NCBI GenBank assembly: GCA_963838545.1
Contig: CAWIRL010000010.1
Location: 48,639-112,638, forward strand
Length of the DNA stretch: 64,000 nucleotides
From: an uncultured Acidobacteriota bacterium
GTDB lineage: Bacteria; Acidobacteriota; Terriglobia; Acidiferrales; UBA7541
Reading direction: 5' to 3'
Of this stretch, positions 9,512-19,008 are shown piece by piece. The notes below the pieces were generated by a model. The model was given only the letters and a program-made list of their open reading frames with translations. It did no database searches and was not told the origin of the DNA. The position numbers and the translations under genes were made by a program. Within the stretch, counting starts at the first letter, position 1; each line of letters begins with the position of its first letter.

Positions 9512-12500
9512 ATGCGCAGCGCATTTCTGAGCATGCGATCGTGGATGAGCATTTTCGCCGTGATTTTCGTGGCCGTTGCGGGCGCGAGCTCGCCGGCGCT
9601 GGGGCAATCGTCGTACACGTCACAGCTCTCGGGCGTGGTGACGGACGCGAGTGGCGGGGTGATGCCCGGCGCGACGGTTACGCTGACGGACGAGGGCACG
9701 GGCGTGGGCACGACGAACACCACCGATAGCCACGGGATTTATGTTTTCACCGGAGTGCGGCCGTCCACGTACACGATCCGAGTGGAAGCGCCGAATTTTA
9801 CGGCGCAGGAACGCAAGGGACTGGTGTTGGCGGTGAGCCAGCAGGCCACGCTCGATTTCAAGATGTCGCCAAGCACGGTGACGGAGACGGTGAACGTGAC
9901 GGCGCAGGCGCCCTTGCTGGACACAGCGAGCGCGTCACTCGGCACGGACGTGACGAACGAATACGTGCGCGATATTCCCCTGGTGGACCGGAGTTTTTTC
10001 AGCCTGGTGTTTTTGGCCGGCGGAGTGACGGAAACCGCGGGACAGGGGACGGAAGATACCTATCCGACGGGGACGAACTTCGTTTCGAACGGGCAGCGAA
10101 ATTCGACGGCGGAAGTGCGCGTGGATGGCGCGTTGACGAGCGCGCCGGAGCAGGGCGAAGGCGCGACGACGAATACTTATTACGAGCCTTCCGTGGAGAT
10201 CGTTCAGGAATTCAAAGTGGAGAACAACAGTTTTTCGGCGGAATTTGGAAACAACGGCGGGACGGTAGTGAACATCGTGCTGAAAGAGGGCGGGAATAAA
10301 TTTCACGGGAGCGGCTGGTGGTTCGGGCAGCGGTCGGGATTGGATGCCAACGATTTTTTCAACAACGCGGCAGGCGTGGAGCGCCCGGATCATTTGCGGG
10401 ATCAATATGGATTTTCGTTGAGCGGGCCGATCAAGAAAGAAAAGACATTTTTCTTCGTGGATTACGAGCAGATACGGCAGAACGATCCGGTGAACATCAA
10501 GGGATTTGTGCCCACGGCGCTGGAGCGCATGGGGGACTTCCGCAACACGCAGGTGATTTGCTCGGATAGCTCGCTGGGCTGCAACATCGGCGATCCGGTG
10601 CAGCAGCAAATTTTTAATCCATTCAACGTGGATGCGGACGGCAATCGCGCGGACTTTGCCACGCCCAATCTGATCGATCCCGGATTGATCGATCCGATCG
10701 GGCAGAAGATCATCAATCTCTATCCGCAGCCGACGGTGAGCGATCCGGCGCCGGGAGATTTCAATTTTATCCAGTCGGTGCTTCAGCATACGACGGCGAG
10801 GCAATTTGACATCAAGGTGGACCATCATTTTTCGGAGAGGCAGCGAATTTCGGTGCGCTACAGCAACCATCACGATGAGCAAGCGGTGCCGACGGTTTTC
10901 GGAGACGACGATTTTGGCGATGGATTCAGCAGCACCACGGACGTGCACAATGCGGCGATCGAAGAGAGCTGGAGCCCCAGTTCGACGATGGTCATCACCA
11001 GCCGGTTTGCGCTGGATCGCGCGAAGCAGCCGGTGCATGAAAACTATCCGAGCTTGACCAGCGTTTTCGACCAGCCGGGCGATGCGATCCTGGCGTCGGT
11101 GAACGGAATTTCGCGCTTTCCGGTGATCCAGATGGATAACAACGCAACTTCGATTTTCAATCAGTGCTGCACGGACACGGATTTCGCGCACACGCTTTAT
11201 TCCTACGGAAACTCGATTTCCTGGGTACGCGGACGGCAGATCTGGAAATTCGGATGGGAGCAGCGGCTTTTCTTCAACGATTTCTTCCAGCCGAATCCGC
11301 CGACGGGATTTTTTCACTTCACGCAAGGGGTGACTGAGGAAGTGGTGGGAGGCGGAAATCCAATTCAGGGGAACTCGTTTGCGAGCCTGCTGCTGGGATA
11401 TGGAGACACGGATTCGAGCAACGACCCATCGAGCTTGAGCGCTTTCAAGCCGGTGGCAAATAAATCGAAAGAGACGGCGTTTTATTTTCAGGATGACTGG
11501 AAAATCAATTCCAAGCTGACGGTGAATCTGGGCCTGCGCTACGAATGGAGCACGCCTTACACGGAGCGGCACAATCTGCTGCAGTTCAGCGATTTTACGA
11601 GCGACAGCGGAGTTGCCGTGCCGTACTCGGTGCCGGGACTTGTGGACGTAACCGGAAACCTGCCGGGCAGCACGATATTTCCCGGCTCGGGGAACCGGCA
11701 CATGGGCGTGGACCGCAACAACGTGGCGCCGCGATTGGGATTCGCATACGCGTTGAATTCGAATACGGTGATTCGCGGCGGCGCGGGAATTTACTACGGG
11801 CTGAACGTGGCGACGAATTTTCAATTTACGGGCACGGCGTTCGGCAATACATCGCCGATTCGATTCACGAAGGATAATTTCCAAACGCAATTCGCGACGC
11901 TCGAAGATCCGTTTCCTTCCACGTTTCCGGAGCCGCAAGGAGACAAGTACGGATCGCTGGCGCTCTGGGGGCTCGCGAACAACAACAGCCTGGACACGTC
12001 TACGGCGCGAAACGCGGAAATTTATCAGTGGAATATCGGGATCCAGCGAATGCTGCCCGGGCAGATCGTGATCGGCGTGGATTACTCGGCGAGCCGAAGC
12101 ACGCATTTACCGTACAGCTCGTTTTCCAACACGGCCAATCGCAACTTTTTGCCGTCGTCGCTGAGAAATCAGCTGGTGCAGCAATTGAATCCGACGCACG
12201 ATCCAAACAGCACGGACGTGAGCGACTTTTTGAACAGCCAGGTGGACAATCCATTTTTGCCGCTCTTCCAGGGGCCGGATGCGACATTCCACGAGCCGGA
12301 CTCGCTCTACAACGATCCGACAATTCCTTTGATCAATTTGCTGCGGCCGTTTCCGCAGTACGACGGAGCGTTTGCGGGTTTGACGCGGTTGACCGCCGAA
12401 GCTTCGTACCATTCGCTGCAGGTGCGATTTTCGAAGCGGGCGAGCCACTACATCAGCTTTGAAGGGAACTACACGCTATCGAAAGCGACCGATAATTCTT

Positions 12501-13174
12501 CGGCGGGCGCCAACTCGTTCATCACTCCGGTCTTGAGCGCCGGCAATCCGCAGGAATTGGATAATTTGCGAGCGGAGCACTCGATCAGCGCGAATGATGC
12601 GACGCATCGCATGGTGCTGGCGACGATCGTGGATCTGCCGGTGGGGCGCGGCCGGTGGATCGGGCGAAATATGAATCGGGCTCTCGACGCGATTGTGGGC
12701 GGCTGGTCCATTTCCACGATTCTGACTTTTCAGAGCGGCACGCCGATCAACATCAGCATGGCATCGCCGCGACTCGCGGATGGCAGCCAGCGTCCAGACG
12801 TAATTTGTCCGCAGGTTTCTTCCGGCGTGAGTTACCACTCGGCTGCGGCCAATGGGCTGAGCGGGAATGGGAATCCTTCGGTTTTCAACGCCGCGTGCTT
12901 CGCGGATCCCGGCGACGAGATTGCCGGAAACGCGCCACGGTATTTTTCAAATCTTCGCGGCGACGGCATTCACAATTCGGATCTTTCCTTCAGCAAGGAA
13001 TTCGCAATCCGCGAAGGGATGAACTTGCAGGTTCGCGGCGAGTTCTTCAATTTCACCAATACTCCGCGATTCAATACTCCTGATGCGTTGTTCGGCGATT
13101 CGCAATTCGGGCAGGTGACGAGCACATTGGGATCGCCGCGGCACATGCAGATCGGCGTGCGGTTCGAATTTTAG
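9512..13174 (+). CDS. TonB-dependent receptor with N-terminal CarboxypepD_reg-like domain
   Basis: 1220-aa ORF with GGAGG 6 nt before the ATG and a signal peptide. Carboxypeptidase-regulatory-like fold ('GVVTDASGGVMPGATVTLTDEGTGVGTTNTTDSHGIYVFTGVRPSTYTIRVEAPNF'), a long beta-barrel and the C-terminal 'MQIGVRFEF'. Confidence 0.9.
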   Translation: MRSAFLSMRSWMSIFAVIFVAVAGASSPALGQSSYTSQLSGVVTDASGGVMPGATVTLTDEGTGVGTTNTTDSHGIYVFTGVRPSTYTIRVEAPNFTAQERKGLVLAVSQQATLDFKMSPSTVTETVNVTAQAPLLDTASASLGTDVTNEYVRDIPLVDRSFFSLVFLAGGVTETAGQGTEDTYPTGTNFVSNGQRNSTAEVRVDGALTSAPEQGEGATTNTYYEPSVEIVQEFKVENNSFSAEFGNNGGTVVNIVLKEGGNKFHGSGWWFGQRSGLDANDFFNNAAGVERPDHLRDQYGFSLSGPIKKEKTFFFVDYEQIRQNDPVNIKGFVPTALERMGDFRNTQVICSDSSLGCNIGDPVQQQIFNPFNVDADGNRADFATPNLIDPGLIDPIGQKIINLYPQPTVSDPAPGDFNFIQSVLQHTTARQFDIKVDHHFSERQRISVRYSNHHDEQAVPTVFGDDDFGDGFSSTTDVHNAAIEESWSPSSTMVITSRFALDRAKQPVHENYPSLTSVFDQPGDAILASVNGISRFPVIQMDNNATSIFNQCCTDTDFAHTLYSYGNSISWVRGRQIWKFGWEQRLFFNDFFQPNPPTGFFHFTQGVTEEVVGGGNPIQGNSFASLLLGYGDTDSSNDPSSLSAFKPVANKSKETAFYFQDDWKINSKLTVNLGLRYEWSTPYTERHNLLQFSDFTSDSGVAVPYSVPGLVDVTGNLPGSTIFPGSGNRHMGVDRNNVAPRLGFAYALNSNTVIRGGAGIYYGLNVATNFQFTGTAFGNTSPIRFTKDNFQTQFATLEDPFPSTFPEPQGDKYGSLALWGLANNNSLDTSTARNAEIYQWNIGIQRMLPGQIVIGVDYSASRSTHLPYSSFSNTANRNFLPSSLRNQLVQQLNPTHDPNSTDVSDFLNSQVDNPFLPLFQGPDATFHEPDSLYNDPTIPLINLLRPFPQYDGAFAGLTRLTAEASYHSLQVRFSKRASHYISFEGNYTLSKATDNSSAGANSFITPVLSAGNPQELDNLRAEHSISANDATHRMVLATIVDLPVGRGRWIGRNMNRALDAIVGGWSISTILTFQSGTPINISMASPRLADGSQRPDVICPQVSSGVSYHSAAANGLSGNGNPSVFNAACFADPGDEIAGNAPRYFSNLRGDGIHNSDLSFSKEFAIREGMNLQVRGEFFNFTNTPRFNTPDALFGDSQFGQVTSTLGSPRHMQIGVRFEF

Positions 13175-13182
13175 CCGCGGAG

Positions 13183-15117
13183 ATGCGCGCGATATTTAAA
13201 TCGAGTCTACGTGGCGCGGGGCAATGGTGTTGGCGCGCCGCGATGGCGGCCGCGGTGCTGGCGCTGGCAGCGGGCGCGCAGCAGCCGGAGCAGGATTGGA
13301 CGCATTACGTCCGCATCGGCGCTTACGGACTGGAATCGAAGAGCGCTGACGCGATTGTGCGCGATGCGCAGACGAGTCATGTCTTCGGGATCGAAGTGGA
13401 CAACGACATTCCGGGGCGATACGAAAGCTTCCTCGATCCCACTGAAAAATTGAATGCGATTCGCGCCGTGGCGGAACGCGCGCATCAGGCGCGGAATCGC
13501 GCGTTCGTTTATATCGCCGGCACGGAATGTATTACGGCGAACGCGGACAAGTCGCCTCATTCCGTGATGAAGGATCATCCGGACTGGCTGCAGAGGAAAA
13601 TTACCGGCGAGCCGGCGGTGTTTACGTCGGGAGCGGCTTTTTGGATTCGCGCCGGCGATGAGGATGTTTGGATCAGCCCGTACGCGAAGGCGTGGCGGAA
13701 GATTTATATGGAGCGAGTGCGGCAAATTGCGGCTACGGGAATTGACGGCATCTACGTGGACATACCCTACTGGATGACGCATTTTGACGGATGGGAAAAT
13801 ACCTGGGCGAGTTTTGATGACGCGACGGTTGGCGCGTTTCGCGAGAACACCGGCTTGGAGGCAAGAAAGGAAATTAAGCTTGGCGATTTTCAAGATGCGA
13901 ATTTCCGGAAGTGGGTGGATTTCCGGATTTCGACAATGACCGCGTTCATGGCGGAGATTCGCGCGAATGCGCGCAGCGTGAACGCGAGCATCATGGTGAT
14001 TCCGGAAATTTATCCCGGGATCGAGGAAGAAGCTACGCGAGTGGGCGCGGATGTGTATGAAATGTATGCGGTGACGGACGCGATCGCGCATGAGTATGAA
14101 TTTGGCGACGGAGATCACATGGCGTCGTCGCGTTCGCAGCTGGATTGGTTTCTGTATCAGGCGGGAATGTTGTCATTTCGCGCGTTTGCGGAAGGGAAGG
14201 CGACGTGGATTCTGAATTATTCGTGGGATGGGGACAAAGGCGTGGACGCGCGGGAGGCGATGAAGACGCTGGCGATGTCGCAGGTGATGGCCGGCGCAAA
14301 TTTCTGGGATGCGCCGGGACATTCGATGGCGGGATCGAACGACCTGGCGACGCGGGCGCAGATATTTGAGTGGATCGGTAAAAATGAGAAGCGCTTATAC
14401 GCGCCGCGGGCGCCGATGCAGCCTGTGGGCGTTTATTTTTCGCCGAAGAGCCGCGATTATGATGCGGGAGGTTTTTTGCCGGCTTACCGGGGCGCGCTTT
14501 TGTTGCTGCTGCAAAGCCATCGGGAGTTTCGGGTTGTGACGCCGCGAACTTTGGCGGCGTTTCATGGCGCGGTGCTGGTTCTGCCGGATGTGAGCGTGAT
14601 GAGTGATGCGGAGAAAAGTTCATTTGCGCAATATCGGAAGAGCGGCGGGCGGCTGGTGTTCGCCGGTAAGGATGCGCATGATCTATGCGGAGCTTCGAGC
14701 GATTCCTGCGTGATTGGCGACGCGCCGACTGCTTATGTGGATGAATTGCGGCATGATTTTCCGGGGGCTAGCGGAAAGATGCCGAAGGAATTTCTGGAGA
14801 TGCTGCGGGTGAAGGAGCCGGCCGAGATCGAAATTGACGCGCCGGCGACGGTGGCTGCGAATTTTGGGCGCGTGAATGGCGAGGCGCACGCATTTTTGGC
14901 GAATTTTGGCGGGATTGTTCCCGGCAAAAATCTTGTGCCGTCGGTCGAACGGGAAATTCGCGTTCGAATTCCTGCGAAGATGGGAGACGCGCTTGGGTAC
15001 CTTCCGTTTCTCGGCGAAACGCGGACGTTGAAGGGAACGAAGCGCGGTGACCGCGTGGAATTTACGCTGCCGGAGTTGGAGCGCGGCGCGGTTGTTTGGA
15101 TCGAGGCCAAAAAGTGA
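13183..15117 (+). CDS. Secreted hypothetical protein, possibly a glycoside-hydrolase-like TIM barrel
   Basis: 644-aa ORF starting 8 nt after the receptor stop, with a signal peptide (AAVLALAAGAQQ). 'GIDGIYVDIPYWM' and 'VIPEIYPGIEEE' resemble GH-like (GHL) TIM-barrel strands. The function is inferred only. Confidence 0.6.
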   Translation: MRAIFKSSLRGAGQWCWRAAMAAAVLALAAGAQQPEQDWTHYVRIGAYGLESKSADAIVRDAQTSHVFGIEVDNDIPGRYESFLDPTEKLNAIRAVAERAHQARNRAFVYIAGTECITANADKSPHSVMKDHPDWLQRKITGEPAVFTSGAAFWIRAGDEDVWISPYAKAWRKIYMERVRQIAATGIDGIYVDIPYWMTHFDGWENTWASFDDATVGAFRENTGLEARKEIKLGDFQDANFRKWVDFRISTMTAFMAEIRANARSVNASIMVIPEIYPGIEEEATRVGADVYEMYAVTDAIAHEYEFGDGDHMASSRSQLDWFLYQAGMLSFRAFAEGKATWILNYSWDGDKGVDAREAMKTLAMSQVMAGANFWDAPGHSMAGSNDLATRAQIFEWIGKNEKRLYAPRAPMQPVGVYFSPKSRDYDAGGFLPAYRGALLLLLQSHREFRVVTPRTLAAFHGAVLVLPDVSVMSDAEKSSFAQYRKSGGRLVFAGKDAHDLCGASSDSCVIGDAPTAYVDELRHDFPGASGKMPKEFLEMLRVKEPAEIEIDAPATVAANFGRVNGEAHAFLANFGGIVPGKNLVPSVEREIRVRIPAKMGDALGYLPFLGETRTLKGTKRGDRVEFTLPELERGAVVWIEAKK

Positions 15118-15139
15118 TGCTGCGGGATGAGGGCGATCT

Positions 15140-16081
15140 GTGTTTCTTTGCGTGAGTCTGAATCCCGCGATTGACAAGCGGTTGCGGCTGGACCGGCTGC
15201 GGACGGGACAAGTAAATCGAGCGCGTGAAGTGGCGCCGGCTCCGGGAGGAAAAGCAGCGCACGTGGCGATGGTGTTGAAGACGCTGGGCGCCGATCCGCT
15301 GTGGCTGGGATTTGCCGGCGGCTCGACGGGGGCGATGCTCGTCGAGGGATTGCGCTCGTTATCCATTTGCGTGGAAACGATTGCGACGGCGGGCGCGACG
15401 CGGATGAATTTGGAGATTCTGGACGATGACGGCGCGATCACGGAAATTCTGGAGCCGGGCGAAGCGGTGAGTGCGGAAGAGTTGGCGCGGATGCGGGCGG
15501 CGTTTGAGGGCGCACTGAAAAAAGCGGGCGGCGATGCGAAGGTGATTCTTTCGGGAAGTTTGCCGCCGGGTGTGCCGAAGAACTTGTACGCGGAGCTTGT
15601 TGATGCGGCGCATGCTCTTGGGGCGCGCGTGATTTTAGATACGAGCGGGGAGGCGTTGAAACTGGGGCTGAGCGCCGGGCTCGATTTCGTGAAGCCGAAT
15701 CAGGAAGAGGCGGAATCTTTGAGCGGCGGCGCGATCGATGGAGCGCGAGCGGCTGACGCTGCGCTGAAAACTATTTTGGCGGCCGGCGTGAAAGAGGGAG
15801 CGATCAGCTTGGGAGCGAAGGGGCTGGTTTGGCGATCGTCGCGTGCGGAGCATGGGCTATTTGCCGGCGCCCCGGCGGTAACGGTGCGATCGTCGGTGGG
15901 CAGCGGAGACGCCACGCTTGCGGGATTTGCATTCGCGGCAAGTGAAGGGCTCGAGCCGGCGGAGGCGCTGCGACTCGCGGCGGCATGCGGGGCCGCGAAT
16001 TGTCTTGCAGATGCGCCGGGCCGCGCGCGCGCGGAGGATATCGCGCGCTTTCGAAAACAGATTCACGTCGAGCAAATTTAG
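15140..16081 (+). CDS. PfkB-family 1-phosphofructokinase / tagatose-6-phosphate kinase-like
   Basis: 313 aa with a GTG start. 'VSLNPAIDK' N-terminus typical of the FruK/LacC subfamily, 'PGGKAAHVA', and C-terminal 'VGSGDATLAGFA'. Confidence 0.85.
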   Translation: MFLCVSLNPAIDKRLRLDRLRTGQVNRAREVAPAPGGKAAHVAMVLKTLGADPLWLGFAGGSTGAMLVEGLRSLSICVETIATAGATRMNLEILDDDGAITEILEPGEAVSAEELARMRAAFEGALKKAGGDAKVILSGSLPPGVPKNLYAELVDAAHALGARVILDTSGEALKLGLSAGLDFVKPNQEEAESLSGGAIDGARAADAALKTILAAGVKEGAISLGAKGLVWRSSRAEHGLFAGAPAVTVRSSVGSGDATLAGFAFAASEGLEPAEALRLAAACGAANCLADAPGRARAEDIARFRKQIHVEQI

Positions 16082-16120
16082 CCAGCCCAGCCGCTGGCGA
16101 AAGGAACTTCGGAGCCGCGC

Positions 16121-16882
16121 ATGTTGAGCGAAGAACGCCGCCGCGCCATTCTGGAGTTGCTGCAATCGGACGGGCGCGTGCTGGTGAGCGACATCGCGCG
16201 GCGCTTTCGCACTTCGCTGATTACGATTCGCAAAGATTTGGAGGCGCTGCACCGGCAGGGTGAACTGGAAAGGACGCACGGCGGGGCGCTGCCGATGAAG
16301 ACGGGCGCGCTGCAAGATCGTTCGCTGCAGGAAAAAGAAGGGATGCACCGCCGGGAAAAGCTGCGGATTGCAGCGGCTGCTTCGCACATGATCCGGCAAG
16401 GGCAGGTGGTGATTCTCGATTCGGGGACTACGACGACGGCGATCGCGCGCGCTTGCCGGCATTTCAAAAGCCTGACGATCGTGACCAACGCGACGAATAT
16501 CGCGGCCGAGCTGGCGGATACGCCGGTGGAAGTAATTTTGACCGGCGGAGTGCTGCGAAAGAATTCATTTTCGCTGGTGGGGCCGCTGGCGGAAGAGTCG
16601 TTGCGGAAATTGAGCGCGGATTTATTGTTCTTGGGAGTAGACGGGTTCGATGTGCGCTATGGATTGACGACGCCGAATTTGCTGGAGGCGCGCGTGAATC
16701 GCGCGATGGCGGAATCGGCGCGGCGGACCGTGGTGGTATGCGACTCGAGCAAATTCGGAAAGCGGAGCTTGTCGCTGATTCTGGCGACTTCCGCCGTGCA
16801 CGAAACGATCACCGACAAGAAAATTCCACGGAGCGATTTGAAAGCGCTCCGGCGCGAGAACGTCGAAGTGAAGCTGGTGTAG
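16121..16882 (+). CDS. DeoR/GlpR family transcriptional repressor
   Basis: 253 aa. N-terminal HTH 'RRRAILELLQSDGRVLVSDIARRFRTSLITIRKDLEAL', followed by a DeoR C-terminal sugar-phosphate sensor domain. Confidence 0.9.
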   Translation: MLSEERRRAILELLQSDGRVLVSDIARRFRTSLITIRKDLEALHRQGELERTHGGALPMKTGALQDRSLQEKEGMHRREKLRIAAAASHMIRQGQVVILDSGTTTTAIARACRHFKSLTIVTNATNIAAELADTPVEVILTGGVLRKNSFSLVGPLAEESLRKLSADLLFLGVDGFDVRYGLTTPNLLEARVNRAMAESARRTVVVCDSSKFGKRSLSLILATSAVHETITDKKIPRSDLKALRRENVEVKLV

Positions 16883-16921
16883 TGCGCGAAACTTGAAATC
16901 GGGAGCCCGGGGCAAAAACTG

Positions 16922-17998
16922 ATGGCCATGAGCGGCGCGCAATTGCGGCAAACGGACACTTGGAAAGAAATTCTTTCTCAGGGAGAGGTATGGCAGGCGG
17001 TTCTGCGCGAGTTGGGGCGGAGCGCGACGCCGGAAAGAATTCTTGCGGAGAGCGCGGCGGCGAAGGAATGGATTTTTGTGGGCTGCGGGTCGAGTTTTTA
17101 TTTGGCGGAGGCGGCGGCAAATTCCTGGAATCTTTTGACCGGGCAGCGAGCGAGGGCCGTGCCCGCTTCGGAGATTTTGCTTTTCCCGGGGCTGCTGCAG
17201 GCGAATGGGCGCGAGACGCAGGCGGTGGTGATTTCACGGTCGGGACAGACGTCGGAAACGATCCGGGCGGCGAAGGTATTGTCGCGGGAGCTGGGCGTGC
17301 CAACGCTCGGGATCACGTGCGCGGCCGGATCGGAACTGGAGCGCGTCTGCGATATTTCGATTGTGCTGCAAGTTGCGGATGAAAAAAGCACGGTGATGAC
17401 GCGCTCGTTTACAAGCATGCTGCTCGGATTGCAATTTCTGGCGGGGCGGCGCGCGCGGAATGAAGGCTTCCTCGGCGAATTGACGAGGATGGCGGAACAA
17501 TTTGCGCCGCGGATCGGTGCGATTGCGGACGCGATGGAGGAGTTTGTCGCGAAGGGCTCGTTCGCGGATTACGTGTTTTTGGCGCAAGGTCCGTTTTACG
17601 GAATTGCGCGCGAGGCGTCTCTAAAGGTCATGGAGATGTCTTGCTCGTACAGCCAATTTTTTCACGCGTTGGAATTTCGCCACGGGCCGAAAGCGATCGT
17701 GAGCCCCGACACTTGCTTACTGTTTTTTTTGAGCGAGACCGGCCGCGATGCGGAATTGCAGGTGCTTGCGGAAATGAAGGAATTGGGCGGAGCGACGATT
17801 GCGGTGTGCAATCATGCGGATGCTACGATCCGCGGCGCGAGCGATTTGGTGATGGAAGCCGGCGTCGAAGGGCACGAACTCGCCTTGCTCGCTCCTTTTG
17901 TCGTCGCCGGGCAGTTGCTGGGGCTTTTTACCGGCGCGAAAAAGGGTCTCGATGCGGACCATCCGAAAAATCTGACGCGCGTTGTGATTCTCGACTGA
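16922..17998 (+). CDS. Double-SIS-domain sugar-phosphate isomerase/deaminase (AgaS / FrlB / GlmS C-terminal-like)
   Basis: 358 aa. 'FVGCGSSFYLAEAAA' and 'VVISRSGQTSETI' SIS motifs, then a second SIS half ('FLAQGPFYGIAREASLKVMEMS'). Confidence 0.85.
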   Translation: MAMSGAQLRQTDTWKEILSQGEVWQAVLRELGRSATPERILAESAAAKEWIFVGCGSSFYLAEAAANSWNLLTGQRARAVPASEILLFPGLLQANGRETQAVVISRSGQTSETIRAAKVLSRELGVPTLGITCAAGSELERVCDISIVLQVADEKSTVMTRSFTSMLLGLQFLAGRRARNEGFLGELTRMAEQFAPRIGAIADAMEEFVAKGSFADYVFLAQGPFYGIAREASLKVMEMSCSYSQFFHALEFRHGPKAIVSPDTCLLFFLSETGRDAELQVLAEMKELGGATIAVCNHADATIRGASDLVMEAGVEGHELALLAPFVVAGQLLGLFTGAKKGLDADHPKNLTRVVILD

Positions 17999-18016
17999 GC
18001 TTTCGGGAGAGCAACT

Positions 18017-19000
18017 GTGGCTTCGTTCGACGTTAGCGTGATCGGCGAATTGAATCTCGATTTGATTTTGTACGGGCTGCCGCAAGAGCTGCAGTTGGAG
18101 CGCGAGCATCTGGCGACGGACCTCAGCATCACGCTGGGAAGTTCCTCGGCTATTTTCGCTCACAACCTCGCTGCGCTGGGAAATAAAGTCGGCTTCAGCT
18201 CGGCAATCGGCAGCGATCCATTCGGTGAAATTTGCGTACAGAGGCTGGGAGCGAGCGGCGTGGATATGTCGCGCGTTCGCCGGCTCGCCGACAAGACCAC
18301 CGGGCTTTCGGTGATCCTGCCACAGCGGAAGCAAAGATATATTCTTACGTATCCGGGAACGATGCACGAGTTGAGCGAGAAGGATTTGGACTTGGGGTAC
18401 GTTTACGACGCGCGGCATTTGCATGTGTCATCGTATTTTTTGCAGAAGGCGCTGCGTCCCGGCTTGATCGAGATTTTTCGGAAAGCGAAAGAAGCTGGCC
18501 TGACGACTTCGCTCGACACGAATGACGATCCCTCCGATCGTTGGCCGACCGACATTCAGCTGCTCTTGAGATACGTGGATATTTTCCTGCCCAACGAAAG
18601 AGAAGCCTGCAAGTTGACGCAAGCGAATGACGTGGCGCGAGCGGCGGAAATTCTTTCGCAGCGCGTTCCGATGCTGGTGATTAAACGCGGGCCGCAGGGC
18701 GCGCTCGGATTTGCCGGCAAAGAGAAATTCTCGTCGTTTCCGCCGATGGTGGACGCCGCGGATCCAGTGGGCGCGGGCGATAGCTTTGACGCGGGGTTTG
18801 TACACCTATTTATTCGCGGCGCGAAACTCGAGGATTGCCTGAAGTTTGCGAATGTTGCCGGAGCGCTCTCGGTGACGCGGGCCGGCGGGACGGAAGCGTT
18901 TCGCGACGCGAAGTATCGCACGGAATTTTTGGCCAAATATGCGCCGGGGATGGGCACGGGGCCATCGAGCACTCCGCCGTCCGCACCGAAACAGCGCTAG
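18017..19000 (+). CDS. PfkB-family carbohydrate kinase (ribokinase/fructokinase-like)
   Basis: 327 aa with a GTG start preceded by GGGAGAG. 'VIGELNLDL' and 'DPVGAGDSFDAGF' PfkB signatures. Confidence 0.85.
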   Translation: MASFDVSVIGELNLDLILYGLPQELQLEREHLATDLSITLGSSSAIFAHNLAALGNKVGFSSAIGSDPFGEICVQRLGASGVDMSRVRRLADKTTGLSVILPQRKQRYILTYPGTMHELSEKDLDLGYVYDARHLHVSSYFLQKALRPGLIEIFRKAKEAGLTTSLDTNDDPSDRWPTDIQLLLRYVDIFLPNEREACKLTQANDVARAAEILSQRVPMLVIKRGPQGALGFAGKEKFSSFPPMVDAADPVGAGDSFDAGFVHLFIRGAKLEDCLKFANVAGALSVTRAGGTEAFRDAKYRTEFLAKYAPGMGTGPSSTPPSAPKQR

Positions 19001-19008
19001 CCTGCGAA

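Noticed and set aside
9935-12106. 723-aa ORF on the minus strand inside the TonB receptor gene
   Set aside because: It is a shadow ORF typical of high-GC DNA. Its composition is extremely Arg/His/Pro/Ile-rich with no motifs. The opposite-strand 1220-aa ORF has an RBS, a signal peptide and clear receptor features.
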